Part shown: one piece after another, positions 10,057 to 18,336 of the stretch | Numbering within the stretch: position 1 is the stretch's first letter | How the letters are laid out: each line of letters starts with the position of its first letter | DNA from: an uncultured Dehalococcoidia bacterium | GTDB lineage: Bacteria; Chloroflexota; Dehalococcoidia; Lucifugimonadales; JAAXIE01 | DNA: 64,000 nucleotides | NCBI GenBank assembly: GCA_951813255.1 | Contig: OX638353.1 | Coordinates: 3,084,782 to 3,148,781, forward strand | Direction of reading: 5' to 3' | The notes under the pieces: generated by a model | What the model saw: the letters and a program-made list of their open reading frames with translations, nothing else | Told to the model about the DNA's origin: nothing | Databases searched by the model: none | Translations under genes and position numbers: made by a program

Positions 10057-10422
10057 CTACACGTGGTCGCCCAAAATTCTAATCTGGCAAGGTCGCACTG
10101 GCTCCCTGTTGTCAAACGCGAGTAGGAATTGCTCGCCTGCTCTATCGAGCCAATAGTAGTAGTCCCAATCGGCTATTATAGTTTCAGACACAACAGCACC
10201 GGTATTATCGACAAACCAGTCGTCGGCGTCGTCAAGCTTTATTTCGTTGACAGCGTGAGCAATCGGACACTCGTGCATTGAGCCGACGAGTCCGGCATCG
10301 ATGTGCCTTTGTTCGATGTTGACAAGGATGCCTTCCCCGTCATCTTCGTCGCCTAGAGGCTCGGAGAAGCCAATGTTCTTGTCTATGGTTAATGCTTCTC
10401 CAGGAAGCATGATAGTGACCAT
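10057..10422 (-). CDS. hypothetical hyper-acidic protein between the MTase and nuclease genes
   Basis: 121 aa with a very strong RBS (GGAGGAGGAAGG). About 25 Asp/Glu versus about 7 Lys/Arg. No motif recognised. Confidence 0.5.
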   Translation of the reverse strand: MVTIMLPGEALTIDKNIGFSEPLGDEDDGEGILVNIEQRHIDAGLVGSMHECPIAHAVNEIKLDDADDWFVDNTGAVVSETIIADWDYYYWLDRAGEQFLLAFDNREPVRPCQIRILGDHV

Positions 10423-10466
10423 TTGTTCCTTCCTCCTCCTCTGTTGTTATCCCGCGGAAGAGCTTG

Positions 10467-11357
10467 TCATCGGCAATGAGGGACGTAAGTGCCTCTTGTC
10501 TCCAACAACCGTCTCTGGACTGGGTGCTCATCTTGGAGACCATGGTTCTCCTGTGGTTGAGACGGACCGCACTCTGCTTGCAGGCGTCGGATGGTTAGGT
10601 CCACATACTCCGGCTCATTCTCGCAGACTATGAAAGGTCTATTCAAACGGAGGGCCGCTATCCCGGTTACCCCTGAGCCTGCGAATGGGTCCACGACTAG
10701 GTCTCCGGCCGTCGTGGAGGCACGGAGACATCGGTCAACAAGAGCAAGAGGCTTCTGTGTGGGATGTTTGCCGAAAAGCTTCTCGTCCCTCCCAGGGGGA
10801 AGGATGTTCCAGACGCTCTTCATTTGCCTGCCGCCGTTCTCCTGACGCATCTCCCCGTAGTTGAATGTGTACTTGTGCCGACTACCTTTAGGGGCTTTCG
10901 TGGCCCATAGGACTGTCTCGGTAGAGTGGGTGAAGCAGCGACAGCCGAGATTCGGGGGCGGATTGGGTTTCTCCCAGGTGATGTCGTTCAGGATACGGTA
11001 GCCTAGCTCGAGCATGGCCATCCCGACGCTCAAGTACACATGCAGAGTACCGGTCACCCAAATGGTCCCAGTTGGCTTAAGAATCCGGTGACACTCAGCC
11101 AGCCAACTACGATGGAACTCGTGGTCGAGTTGGAGGCCCTGACTCTTGTCCCAGGTGCCCTTGTTAACGGTGGTGCGCTTGCCAGCGACGCAGGTTGTCC
11201 CGTCGTTGGACAGAAGATAAGGAGGGTCGGTCCATATGCAGTCCACGCTGTCGGAAGGCAGGGTTTGCATAAAGTCCAATGCGTCCGCATGGAAGACCTG
11301 TGAAAGTCCATCGTCCGATGCCCAGACAGGTTCTACGAGAACTGGTTGTATTCGCAC
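10467..11357 (-). CDS. site-specific DNA methyltransferase, beta-class (N6-adenine or N4-cytosine)
   Basis: Motif IV DPPY (CIWTDPPYLL) is N-terminal to motif I (VVDPFAGSGVTG), and HPTQKPLAL is present. This is the circular permutation typical of beta-class amino-MTases. Confidence 0.85.
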   Translation of the reverse strand: MRIQPVLVEPVWASDDGLSQVFHADALDFMQTLPSDSVDCIWTDPPYLLSNDGTTCVAGKRTTVNKGTWDKSQGLQLDHEFHRSWLAECHRILKPTGTIWVTGTLHVYLSVGMAMLELGYRILNDITWEKPNPPPNLGCRCFTHSTETVLWATKAPKGSRHKYTFNYGEMRQENGGRQMKSVWNILPPGRDEKLFGKHPTQKPLALVDRCLRASTTAGDLVVDPFAGSGVTGIAALRLNRPFIVCENEPEYVDLTIRRLQAECGPSQPQENHGLQDEHPVQRRLLETRGTYVPHCR

Positions 11358-11533
11358 TCATCAGCCTTTGTCTATCAAGGTTGTGGCTTGTGTACCATCG
11401 TCTCCCCAGCGGTGTCAACGCGCAGATGGCATGGTCTAAGTGGCGCGCTGTTCGCCACGTTGCTTCGTTCGACGGGCCGGGCCTTCGATTGTGGTACCAT
11501 ACTTAAGACCATATCACTGGGAGGAGTGAGATC

Positions 11534-12193
11534 ATGATTTATGACGTTCGGACTTATGAGATTGCGCCGGGGCGGGTGCCTGATTACATGAAGAATGTGA
11601 AGGAGATTGCGATCCCCATACGGAATGACTATGGGGTGAAGCTGGGCGGGTGGTACCACTCGGAGGCGGGGCCACTGAACCAGGTGGTGCATATCTGGGC
11701 GTATGAGGACATCAAGCATATGGTGGAGGGCGCCGAGGCAGTGCGTGCCGACAAGCGGTGGACGGGAGAGTATATGCCGGCCAACCTTGGTCTGGTGCAG
11801 TCGCAGCGGGACTCCATCTCGGTGCAGGCGCCCTTTGCGCCGGAGTCGTACGAGACGGTGGAGTCGGCGGAGCCGCGGTTGTATGACATGCGGATTTACG
11901 ACATCAAGCCGGGGCAGATTCCCGTTTACATGGAGGCTGTGGAGCAGGTGGGGCTGCCGATACGGGAGGAATTGGGGGTGAAGCTGGCGGGGTGGTTCTA
12001 CAGCGACGTAGGTACACTGAACCAGGTGATGCATATCTGGGCATACAACGACTCGGACGACCTGTCGCGCAAGATGCGGGCGGTGTACCAGCATCCGGGT
12101 TGGACGGGCGAGTACATGCCGCGGGTGCGGGGCGTGATTGATGTGCAGCGGGACCAGTTGATGAGGGGTGGGGACTTCTTCCCTGGGCCGTAA
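11534..12193 (+). CDS. NIPSNAP family protein (two NIPSNAP domains)
   Basis: 219 aa. Internal duplication: MIYDVRTYEIAPGRVPDYM...LNQVVHIWAYED and LYDMRIYDIKPGQIPVYM...LNQVMHIWAYND. Confidence 0.8.
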   Translation: MIYDVRTYEIAPGRVPDYMKNVKEIAIPIRNDYGVKLGGWYHSEAGPLNQVVHIWAYEDIKHMVEGAEAVRADKRWTGEYMPANLGLVQSQRDSISVQAPFAPESYETVESAEPRLYDMRIYDIKPGQIPVYMEAVEQVGLPIREELGVKLAGWFYSDVGTLNQVMHIWAYNDSDDLSRKMRAVYQHPGWTGEYMPRVRGVIDVQRDQLMRGGDFFPGP

Positions 12194-12204
12194 AGGCCGG
12201 GATT

Positions 12205-12558
12205 TTGACTGAAGAGAGTGCGACAATTCAAGCTGGTGGACGGATCTTTACGAAATCCGCCCACTTGTTTACAGGGCTACATCCGGAGATGAACGACCAG
12301 ATCAGGGCCTACATCCTAGAGAATTGGGTGATAGCTGGCGACCGTCAGGACCCCGAGACTGGCAAGCGGTCACGGAACTACATGGTAGAGGTACCCGAAT
12401 TAGGTAAGATGGCCATGGTGGCAGTATCGCTGGAGGAGGACTCTCCTACCAACTTCATCACCACGTCCCATCCGGTCGGGAAGCTGACAGCAAAATGGCG
12501 GCAAGGTGGCTTGGACTACTTCTATCGCCGTTTCGAGCGCGTGGAGATACGGAGATGA
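12205..12558 (+). CDS. hypothetical protein, 4-bp-overlapped partner of the DUF2283 gene (possible toxin-like partner)
   Basis: 117-aa ORF from TTG (first ATG at 12289). Its stop overlaps the downstream ATG (ATGA). No family motif securely recognised. Confidence 0.4.
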   Translation: MTEESATIQAGGRIFTKSAHLFTGLHPEMNDQIRAYILENWVIAGDRQDPETGKRSRNYMVEVPELGKMAMVAVSLEEDSPTNFITTSHPVGKLTAKWRQGGLDYFYRRFERVEIRR

Positions 12559-12947
12559 GCAATCTCACGGTGTCGTATGACCCGGTAGCCGACTCCCTAC
12601 TAGTCACAACAGGCGAGGCCGCGGTATGCAGCGACCAGATGGTCTCAGAGGCCGCACATGTCGTGTTGGACTTTGCGAAAGACGCGTGTTACAGCGAAGT
12701 GGTTTGTGTGGAGGTGTTAGGGGCTTTAGCCCTGTTCCCGCTAGGAAGAAAGGGATACGACAAAAGCACGGACACTCTTGTGCTGGGCACGAAAAAAGGG
12801 GCGACCGCAGTGGTGAACGGAGACCTGGTAGTTTACTGGGGCCGAGACCCGGAGGACCCCGATGATGCCGCAGACTGGCCTATAGGCTTGGAGGTCCGTG
12901 CCGCCAGCAAGTGGTTCCAAAGCCTCCACATGGAACACTGCCCCTAG
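12555..12947 (+). CDS. DUF2283 domain protein
   Basis: Begins MSNLTVSYDPVADSLLVT, matching the YDxxxDxL signature of DUF2283. Start chosen at the internal ATG that overlaps the upstream stop. Confidence 0.6.
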   Translation: MSNLTVSYDPVADSLLVTTGEAAVCSDQMVSEAAHVVLDFAKDACYSEVVCVEVLGALALFPLGRKGYDKSTDTLVLGTKKGATAVVNGDLVVYWGRDPEDPDDAADWPIGLEVRAASKWFQSLHMEHCP

Positions 12948-13050
12948 TCACAGCATCTCTTCCGTTAACCCTCCAAGTGGCTCATCCCAGCGCGAACTTA
13001 CAGCGATGTGAGCTACCTCCTGTCCCTTCTTTCAGGCACAGGCCGGACTC

Positions 13051-14076
13051 CTAGTGGCTGAGCACCAGCTTGCCGAAGAAGTCGCGGCTGGCCATGGTGC
13101 GGTGGGCTTCGGCGGCTCCTTCCAAGGGGAAGGTGCGGCCTACCACCCCACGCAGGCCGCCAGCGTTGACCACTTTCATCATTTCGCCGAAGGTGCGGCG
13201 GGGGCGGCCTCCGCTGCCCATGAGGGTGAGGGGTCGGCCCTGCAGGATTGAGAGGTCCATGTCGGTGCGGTTGCCGGAGGTGGTGCCGGTGATGACGAGG
13301 CGGCCGCCGGGCTTGAGGCTGCGGAGGTTCTGTTCCCACACGGCTGCTCCGACCACGTCGAAGACCATGTCGACACCACGGCCGTTGGTGAGTTCCATGA
13401 TGCGCTCGCTGAAGTTGGGCGTGTCGTTGTAGTTGATGACCTCGTCGGCGCCGAGTCCCTTGGCGCGCTCCAGCTTCCAGTCGCTGCCTGCGGTGGTGAT
13501 TACGCGGGCGCCAATGTGCTTGGCGATCTGGATACCGGTGCTGCCGACGCCACTGCCAGCGGCTTGGATGAGGATGTCCTCCCAAGGCTGTAGCTGGCCG
13601 CGGGTCATGACGCAGTGCCACGCGGTGTGGCCAGCGATGGGGAGGGCGGCGGCTTCTTCGAAAGACATGTCGTCGGAGAAGCGGTAGACGTTGATGGCGG
13701 GGACTACGCAGTACTCGGCGTGGCCGCCGTCGATGTCGGCGCCGAGGCGCTTCTGATTGGAGCAGTACTGGTCGATGCTCTGGAGGCAGTTCTCGCAGGT
13801 CCCGCACTTGACGCGGTTGTCGACGAGGACGCGGTCACCTGGCTGGAGGCCAAGGGAGTCGGAGCCTGCCTGCACCACTTCTCCGGCCATGTCGAGGCCG
13901 AGGATGCGGGGGAAGCCGCCGGTGGCGCCACGGGAGCGGACACCGAGGTCGGCGAAGTTGATGGCACTGGAGCGGACGCGAATCAGCACCTCGCCCGGCT
14001 CGGGTTCTGGGTTGGGGCGGTCGCCGTAGATCATGACTTCGGGTCCGCCAGCCTCGTTGATGTAGACCGCTTTCAT
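13051..14076 (-). CDS. zinc-type alcohol dehydrogenase / quinone oxidoreductase (MDR superfamily)
   Basis: 341 aa. GEVLIRVRSSAINFAD, CGTCENC structural-Zn-like motif, AAGSGVGS Rossmann motif. Confidence 0.85.
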   Translation of the reverse strand: MKAVYINEAGGPEVMIYGDRPNPEPEPGEVLIRVRSSAINFADLGVRSRGATGGFPRILGLDMAGEVVQAGSDSLGLQPGDRVLVDNRVKCGTCENCLQSIDQYCSNQKRLGADIDGGHAEYCVVPAINVYRFSDDMSFEEAAALPIAGHTAWHCVMTRGQLQPWEDILIQAAGSGVGSTGIQIAKHIGARVITTAGSDWKLERAKGLGADEVINYNDTPNFSERIMELTNGRGVDMVFDVVGAAVWEQNLRSLKPGGRLVITGTTSGNRTDMDLSILQGRPLTLMGSGGRPRRTFGEMMKVVNAGGLRGVVGRTFPLEGAAEAHRTMASRDFFGKLVLSH

Positions 14077-14141
14077 GGGGGACCTCCGTACCGGGCGTCG
14101 GGTGAGAATCGCGGATTTCGAGGTATGGTATCATACCTGCC

Positions 14142-14825
14142 ATGACTAATCGGATAGCTTGGTTCAGGTTGGCGGTCGTAGCTGTGGGGGCAGCATTTCT
14201 GATGTCCTGTGGGGATGCTGCGACGCCGTTAGCGACTCAGGAACCTACTCGCGCGGCCACTCCGACAGTAGCTCCCACACCAGTTGAGACGCCAATCACC
14301 GAAGGAGGCAGCACCATTACTCAGTACTCAGCACCGCCCCCAATGACCATCGACCAGGATAAGAGCTACACCGCCACCATACAGACCAACCATGGGGACA
14401 TGGTGATTGACCTCTTCCCCAAAGAGGCGCCCATTACGGTCAACAACTTTGTGTTTCTTGCGCGGGAGGGGTTCTACGACGGGGTGGTGTTCCACCGGAT
14501 CATTGCCGACTTCATGATCCAGGGTGGCGACCCTACCGGGACGGGGCGTGGCGGTCCCGGATACCGTTTCCAAGACGAGAAGGTGATGCGGCCCTATTCG
14601 AGGGGCACGCTGGCGATGGCGAATGCAGGGCCGAACACCAATGGCAGCCAGTTCTTCATTGTGCACCAGGACTACCCGCTGCCGCCGAACTACAACGTGT
14701 TCGGGTTGGTGAGGGAAGGGCTGGATGTGCTGGATGCGCTGGCTAGCGTAGCAGTGGGTGGGCCGCAGCGGTCGGACCCGCTGGAGCCGCAGGTGATACA
14801 GACTATCCAGATAACTGAGGAATAG
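14142..14825 (+). CDS. cyclophilin-type peptidyl-prolyl cis-trans isomerase, lipoprotein
   Basis: Signal peptide with lipobox (FLMSCG), Thr/Pro/Ala linker, FHRIIADFMIQGGDP and NGSQFFI cyclophilin motifs. Confidence 0.9.
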   Translation: MTNRIAWFRLAVVAVGAAFLMSCGDAATPLATQEPTRAATPTVAPTPVETPITEGGSTITQYSAPPPMTIDQDKSYTATIQTNHGDMVIDLFPKEAPITVNNFVFLAREGFYDGVVFHRIIADFMIQGGDPTGTGRGGPGYRFQDEKVMRPYSRGTLAMANAGPNTNGSQFFIVHQDYPLPPNYNVFGLVREGLDVLDALASVAVGGPQRSDPLEPQVIQTIQITEE

Positions 14826-14892
14826 GCGCGTCCTCCGTCATACCGGTGCGTGCCGGTGTCCGGGGTCCTGATTCGGAGATGGGGGTAATGAG

Positions 14893-15087
14893 ATGGTAGG
14901 AATGCGTGATGATGGCAGCGTCGAGGCCATGGCGCAGGAGCTTCAGGAAAAGGCTGCGGATCTCTGGGGACAGGAGCGAGCGAGTCGTATGGGGCCCGCG
15001 ATGCGGCAGGCTGCGGAGTACCTGCAGCAGGTGGCGAACAATCTTCCCAAGCGGGAGGAGGAGCCGGCGTTCTTCTTGGGGAGGTAG
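14893..15087 (+). CDS. hypothetical small helical protein upstream of the retropepsin-like gene
   Basis: 64-aa ORF on the same strand, 48 bp upstream of 15136. No motif. Coding status uncertain. Confidence 0.3.
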   Translation: MVGMRDDGSVEAMAQELQEKAADLWGQERASRMGPAMRQAAEYLQQVANNLPKREEEPAFFLGR

Positions 15088-15135
15088 TGAGGGGCTGGTG
15101 ACCGGCAGGGTGCTACAATCCCTTCGAGGGGCTGT

Positions 15136-15486
15136 ATGGGAATCTTCGACGTTACGATTGGCATCGGCCACCCCGAAGGCGGTGATTTGGCCGAAGCCTC
15201 AGCTATGGTCGACACTGGATCGATTCATACCATGTTGCCAGCGGGGTTCCTAGAAGGACTCCGCATAAGGCGAGACAGACTGGGAATCTTTGAGATTGCC
15301 GACGGGACTGAAGTTGAGTATGGATATGGTACTGCGCGCATATCCATAGGTGGGGACGAGTGGGCCTGCCCGGTAATCTTCGGGCCGGAAGGGCAATACC
15401 TGGTTGGGGCGACCACACTGGAGATATTCGGATTGGCCGTTGACCCACGGGGACAACAGCTGATCCCGCGTCCTCGCCGCATCTGA
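15136..15486 (+). CDS. stand-alone retropepsin-like (clan AA) aspartyl protease domain protein
   Basis: 116 aa. Catalytic-type VDTGS motif and C-terminal LVGATTLEIFGLAVDP. Homologous to 39573-39929. Confidence 0.65.
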   Translation: MGIFDVTIGIGHPEGGDLAEASAMVDTGSIHTMLPAGFLEGLRIRRDRLGIFEIADGTEVEYGYGTARISIGGDEWACPVIFGPEGQYLVGATTLEIFGLAVDPRGQQLIPRPRRI

Positions 15487-15562
15487 ATTTCTGCGCTCGT
15501 CCATACCCGACCCATCTCATGCGTTTACCCAATTGCGACCCGATTGCGAATGGAGGTGACCT

Positions 15563-16912
15563 ATGGCCGAGGCTTATGAGTTGAGCTTGTCAGAGTCGGC
15601 TCAGGAGATTGCGTCGGGACGGCTTTCGCCAGTGGAATTGTCGCAGTCGCTGCTGGGGCGGATCGATGCCAAGGAGAACCTGCAGGCGTGGGTCACTGTG
15701 GACCGGGAAGAGGTGCTGGGAGCGGCGTCGAGGGCTGAGGAGGCCATCGGCAAGGGGGAGTCGCTGGGCGCGCTGCATGGGGTGCCCATTGGGCTCAAGG
15801 ACATCTTCTATACGGCAGGCATGAAGACGACTGCGTGTTCGCCTTTATATTCCGACTTTGTGCCGGAGTACGATGCTACGGTGGTGGCCAAGCTCAAGGA
15901 GGCTGGGGCCATTGTGCTAGGGAAGGCGGTTACTACGGAGTTTGCGACGGCGGACCCGTCGCCGACGCTCAATCCTTGGAACCATGCACATACGCCGGGT
16001 GGGTCGAGCAGCGGGTCTGCTGTGGCGGTGGCTACGTCCATGTGTGCGGGGGCTTTGGGGTCTCAGACGGGCGGGTCGACCTGCCGGCCTGCGTCCTACA
16101 ACGGGATTGTGGGGTTGAAGCCGACCTATGGGCGTCTCAGCAAGTATGGGGTTATTCCGGCGTCTTGGTCGCTGGATACGGTGGGAATACTGGTACGCGA
16201 TGTGATCGACGCCACCCTGATGCTGCAGGTGATGGCGGGGTATGACCCCAATGACCCGTCGTCGGCGCATGAGCCGGTGCAGGACTATGTGGGGCCCGTG
16301 GCGAACTACCCGATGGCGCCGCGGGTGCGACTGATACGGCAGCACTTTCTTGAGGTGTGCGACGATGAGACGCGGGCCAACACTGAGTGGGCTTTTGACA
16401 AGTTTGCTGACCTAGGGTGCGAGGCTGATGAGGTGGGGCTGCCTGCCAGCTTCGACACCTGCTACTCGGCGCACCGCGTGGTGATGGATGTGGAGTGCGC
16501 CACCTTCCACGAGGAGTTGTTCCGTCAGCACCCTGACCAGTATGGTCCGAAGCTGCGTTCCACCATTGAATCGGGCATGCTGATGCCTGGGGTGCGCTAC
16601 CTGCAGGCGCAGCGAATGAGGAGCGCCTTTGCCCGCGACATGCGGGAGTTGGTGGCAGGTGGGGCGATACTGGTGACGCCGACGACTCCAGCGGTGGCGC
16701 CGCGGGACTTGGGTACCACGGGTGATCCCGTCTTCCAGAGCCCCTGGACATCCTGCGGACTGCCCACCATCACCCTCCCCTCGGGACTGAACGCCGACGG
16801 CTTGCCGTTCGGGGTGCAGCTTATCGGGGCCCCGTTCCGTGAGGATGAGTTGTTGTGTGCTGCGCGCTGGTGTGAGGCAGCACTGCGACAAAGCTTGCGC
16901 CCGCCGGAGTAG
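15563..16912 (+). CDS. amidase (amidase-signature family, GatA-like)
   Basis: 449 aa. GGSSSGSAVAVA signature and LHGVPIGLKDIF. Confidence 0.9.
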   Translation: MAEAYELSLSESAQEIASGRLSPVELSQSLLGRIDAKENLQAWVTVDREEVLGAASRAEEAIGKGESLGALHGVPIGLKDIFYTAGMKTTACSPLYSDFVPEYDATVVAKLKEAGAIVLGKAVTTEFATADPSPTLNPWNHAHTPGGSSSGSAVAVATSMCAGALGSQTGGSTCRPASYNGIVGLKPTYGRLSKYGVIPASWSLDTVGILVRDVIDATLMLQVMAGYDPNDPSSAHEPVQDYVGPVANYPMAPRVRLIRQHFLEVCDDETRANTEWAFDKFADLGCEADEVGLPASFDTCYSAHRVVMDVECATFHEELFRQHPDQYGPKLRSTIESGMLMPGVRYLQAQRMRSAFARDMRELVAGGAILVTPTTPAVAPRDLGTTGDPVFQSPWTSCGLPTITLPSGLNADGLPFGVQLIGAPFREDELLCAARWCEAALRQSLRPPE

Positions 16913-16968
16913 GGTCATTTGTGCACTAACGATGGGACCTATTTCGCCGCATATACGGGAGAACTGAC

Positions 16969-17196
16969 ATGGCTGACTCCAGAGTAGCTGACTTGACGAT
17001 TGGGGAGTTCAAGACCCTCGTGCGGGAGTCGGTCGCCGAATCGATCGCTGAACTGCTGGGGGATCCTGATGAAGGGTTGCCCTTGCGGGATGACTTCGCG
17101 GAAGAACTCAGGCAATCTCTTAAGGAAGTCCGCGACGGTGGTGGAACTTCCAGTCTAGCGGAGTTCGTGCTACGCGAACCCGAGCCGGAGGGTTGA
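16969..17196 (+). CDS. putative antitoxin of the RelE/ParE-type pair
   Basis: 75-aa acidic ORF. Its stop (TGA 17194-17196) overlaps the TTG start of the toxin gene. Confidence 0.5.
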   Translation: MADSRVADLTIGEFKTLVRESVAESIAELLGDPDEGLPLRDDFAEELRQSLKEVRDGGGTSSLAEFVLREPEPEG

Positions 17197-17456
17197 ATCC
17201 GGATGTTGAACTGACTTCCAAGGCCAGTGCCGACCTGCGGCGCTTGGATCCCTCCGTCGCGCGTCGGGTCATCGACAAGCTGCAGTGGTTGGCAGATAAC
17301 TTCCATGTACTGAGACACGAACCATTGAGTGGTGACTGGGAGCGCGTGTTCAAGCTCCGCGTCGGAGCCTACCGTGTTTTGTATTCCATTGAGGGCGACC
17401 AGAGGGTAGTCGTTCACTTTGTTAGGCATCGAAGAGAGGTGTACAGGAGACCATGA
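17193..17456 (+). CDS. type II toxin, RelE/ParE family
   Basis: 87 aa. LTSKASADLRRLDPSVARRVIDKLQWL...KLRVGAYRVLYSIEGDQRVVVHFVRHRREVY is typical of RelE/ParE. TTG start with GGAG RBS. Confidence 0.75.
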   Translation: MNPDVELTSKASADLRRLDPSVARRVIDKLQWLADNFHVLRHEPLSGDWERVFKLRVGAYRVLYSIEGDQRVVVHFVRHRREVYRRP

Positions 17457-17480
17457 CTCGACCTCGTTACGTTGTGGGTA

Positions 17481-17534
17481 GCGCGTTGGTGCGAGGCCTC
17501 GTTGCGCCAGAACCGGCGCCCACCGGAGGGGTAG
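17481..17534 (+). repeat. copy B of the amidase 3'-terminal coding segment (relic)
   Basis: Translates in frame as ARWCEASLRQNRRPPEG*, compared with the amidase end ARWCEAALRQSLRPPE* (16862-16912). It lies directly before the MNT start codon. Confidence 0.75.
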
Positions 17535-17536
17535 TG

Positions 17537-17854
17537 ATGACCTCGGACGGTACAGTCGCAACCATGGTGGAGCGTATCGTGGAGCGGTTTCAGCCATGCC
17601 GTGTAATGCTTTTTGGGTCTCGCGCCAAGGGCACGGCCACCGAGTGGAGTGATGTGGACCTGCTGGTGGTACTGGAAGGGGTGACGGACAAGAGGCAAGC
17701 AACAGTGGAAATGCGCCGTGCGCTCGGGGACCTAATGGTTAGCAAGGACATCGTGGTGACTACTGAAGATGAGATCCAGCTCCGTGGTCATGTGTTGGGA
17801 ACTGTCCTCCACGCTGCGCTCAGTGAAGGCAAAACCGTCTATGAGCGACGTTGA
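17537..17854 (+). CDS. nucleotidyltransferase (MNT) antitoxin-type protein of an MNT-HEPN pair
   Basis: LFGSRAKGTATEWSDVDLLVV (GSx10-11DxD pol-beta NTase motif). ATG 17537 has a GGAGGGG RBS and matches the start of the relic copy at 18337. Confidence 0.8.
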   Translation: MTSDGTVATMVERIVERFQPCRVMLFGSRAKGTATEWSDVDLLVVLEGVTDKRQATVEMRRALGDLMVSKDIVVTTEDEIQLRGHVLGTVLHAALSEGKTVYERR

Positions 17855-18257
17855 CCCCACGGTAGACGAAGCCCGCCGCTGGCTCCGCTTTGCGGAGGAA
17901 GACCTCAAGGCTGCGCACATTCTCATGTCGGCTGCCGAGCCTTCGTCGCGACACGCTTGCTGGCTATCCCAACAAGCAGCAGAGAAGAGCCTCAAGGCCG
18001 GGCTAATACTTGAGAGCATTGCATTTCCATTCACACATGACCTTGATGTCTTGCGCAATCTTCTCCCCAGTGGATGGTCGGTGAAGGAAACACACTCGGA
18101 TCTGGCGGACTTGACGGAGTGGGCGGTAGAGGGCAGGTATCCCGGAGATTGGCAGGAACCCACGTTGGACGACGCTATTCGTGCCGAATCAGCGGCCACT
18201 CTGGTCTACGAGTTGATAAGTTCAGAAATGACCCGTCGTGGTCTGACCCCAAACTAG
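17841..18257 (+). CDS. HEPN domain protein (toxin-type partner of MNT)
   Basis: RRWLRFAEEDLKAAHIL...AAEKSLKAGL...FPFTHDLDVL matches the HEPN Rx4-6H region. Overlaps the MNT gene by 14 bp. Confidence 0.8.
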   Translation: MSDVDPTVDEARRWLRFAEEDLKAAHILMSAAEPSSRHACWLSQQAAEKSLKAGLILESIAFPFTHDLDVLRNLLPSGWSVKETHSDLADLTEWAVEGRYPGDWQEPTLDDAIRAESAATLVYELISSEMTRRGLTPN

Positions 18258-18277
18258 AGTTCACTATATGACCGTGC

Positions 18278-18334
18278 GCGGCGCAGTGGTGTGAGGCGGC
18301 GTTGCGACAGAGCCTGCGCCCGCCGGAGGGGTAG
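18278..18334 (+). pseudogene. copy C of the amidase 3'-terminal coding segment (relic of a displaced amidase allele)
   Basis: Reads AAQWCEAALRQSLRPPEG*. It differs from the live gene end mostly at synonymous positions (gca/gcg, ctg/ttg, caa/cag, ttg/ctg). Confidence 0.7.
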
Positions 18335-18336
18335 GC

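Noticed and set aside
9237-10115. Long form of the nuclease ORF (292 aa)
   Set aside because: The extra 27 codons overlap the 3' end of the upstream acidic ORF and look non-protein-like. An internal ATG at 10034 has a GGAG RBS.
11375-12226. 283-aa His/Arg/Pro-rich ORF antisense to the NIPSNAP gene
   Set aside because: Low-complexity composition with no RBS. The opposite strand encodes a clearly recognisable duplicated NIPSNAP protein.
13013-13807. 264-aa Arg/Pro/His-rich ORF on the minus strand
   Set aside because: Alternative frame of the well-supported MDR dehydrogenase gene (13051-14076). The composition is typical of off-frame translation of GC-rich coding DNA.
16926-17702. 258-aa minus-strand ORF spanning the TA cassettes
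   Set aside because: It runs antisense across three separately recognisable plus-strand genes (antitoxin, RelE, MNT) and has no motif or RBS.
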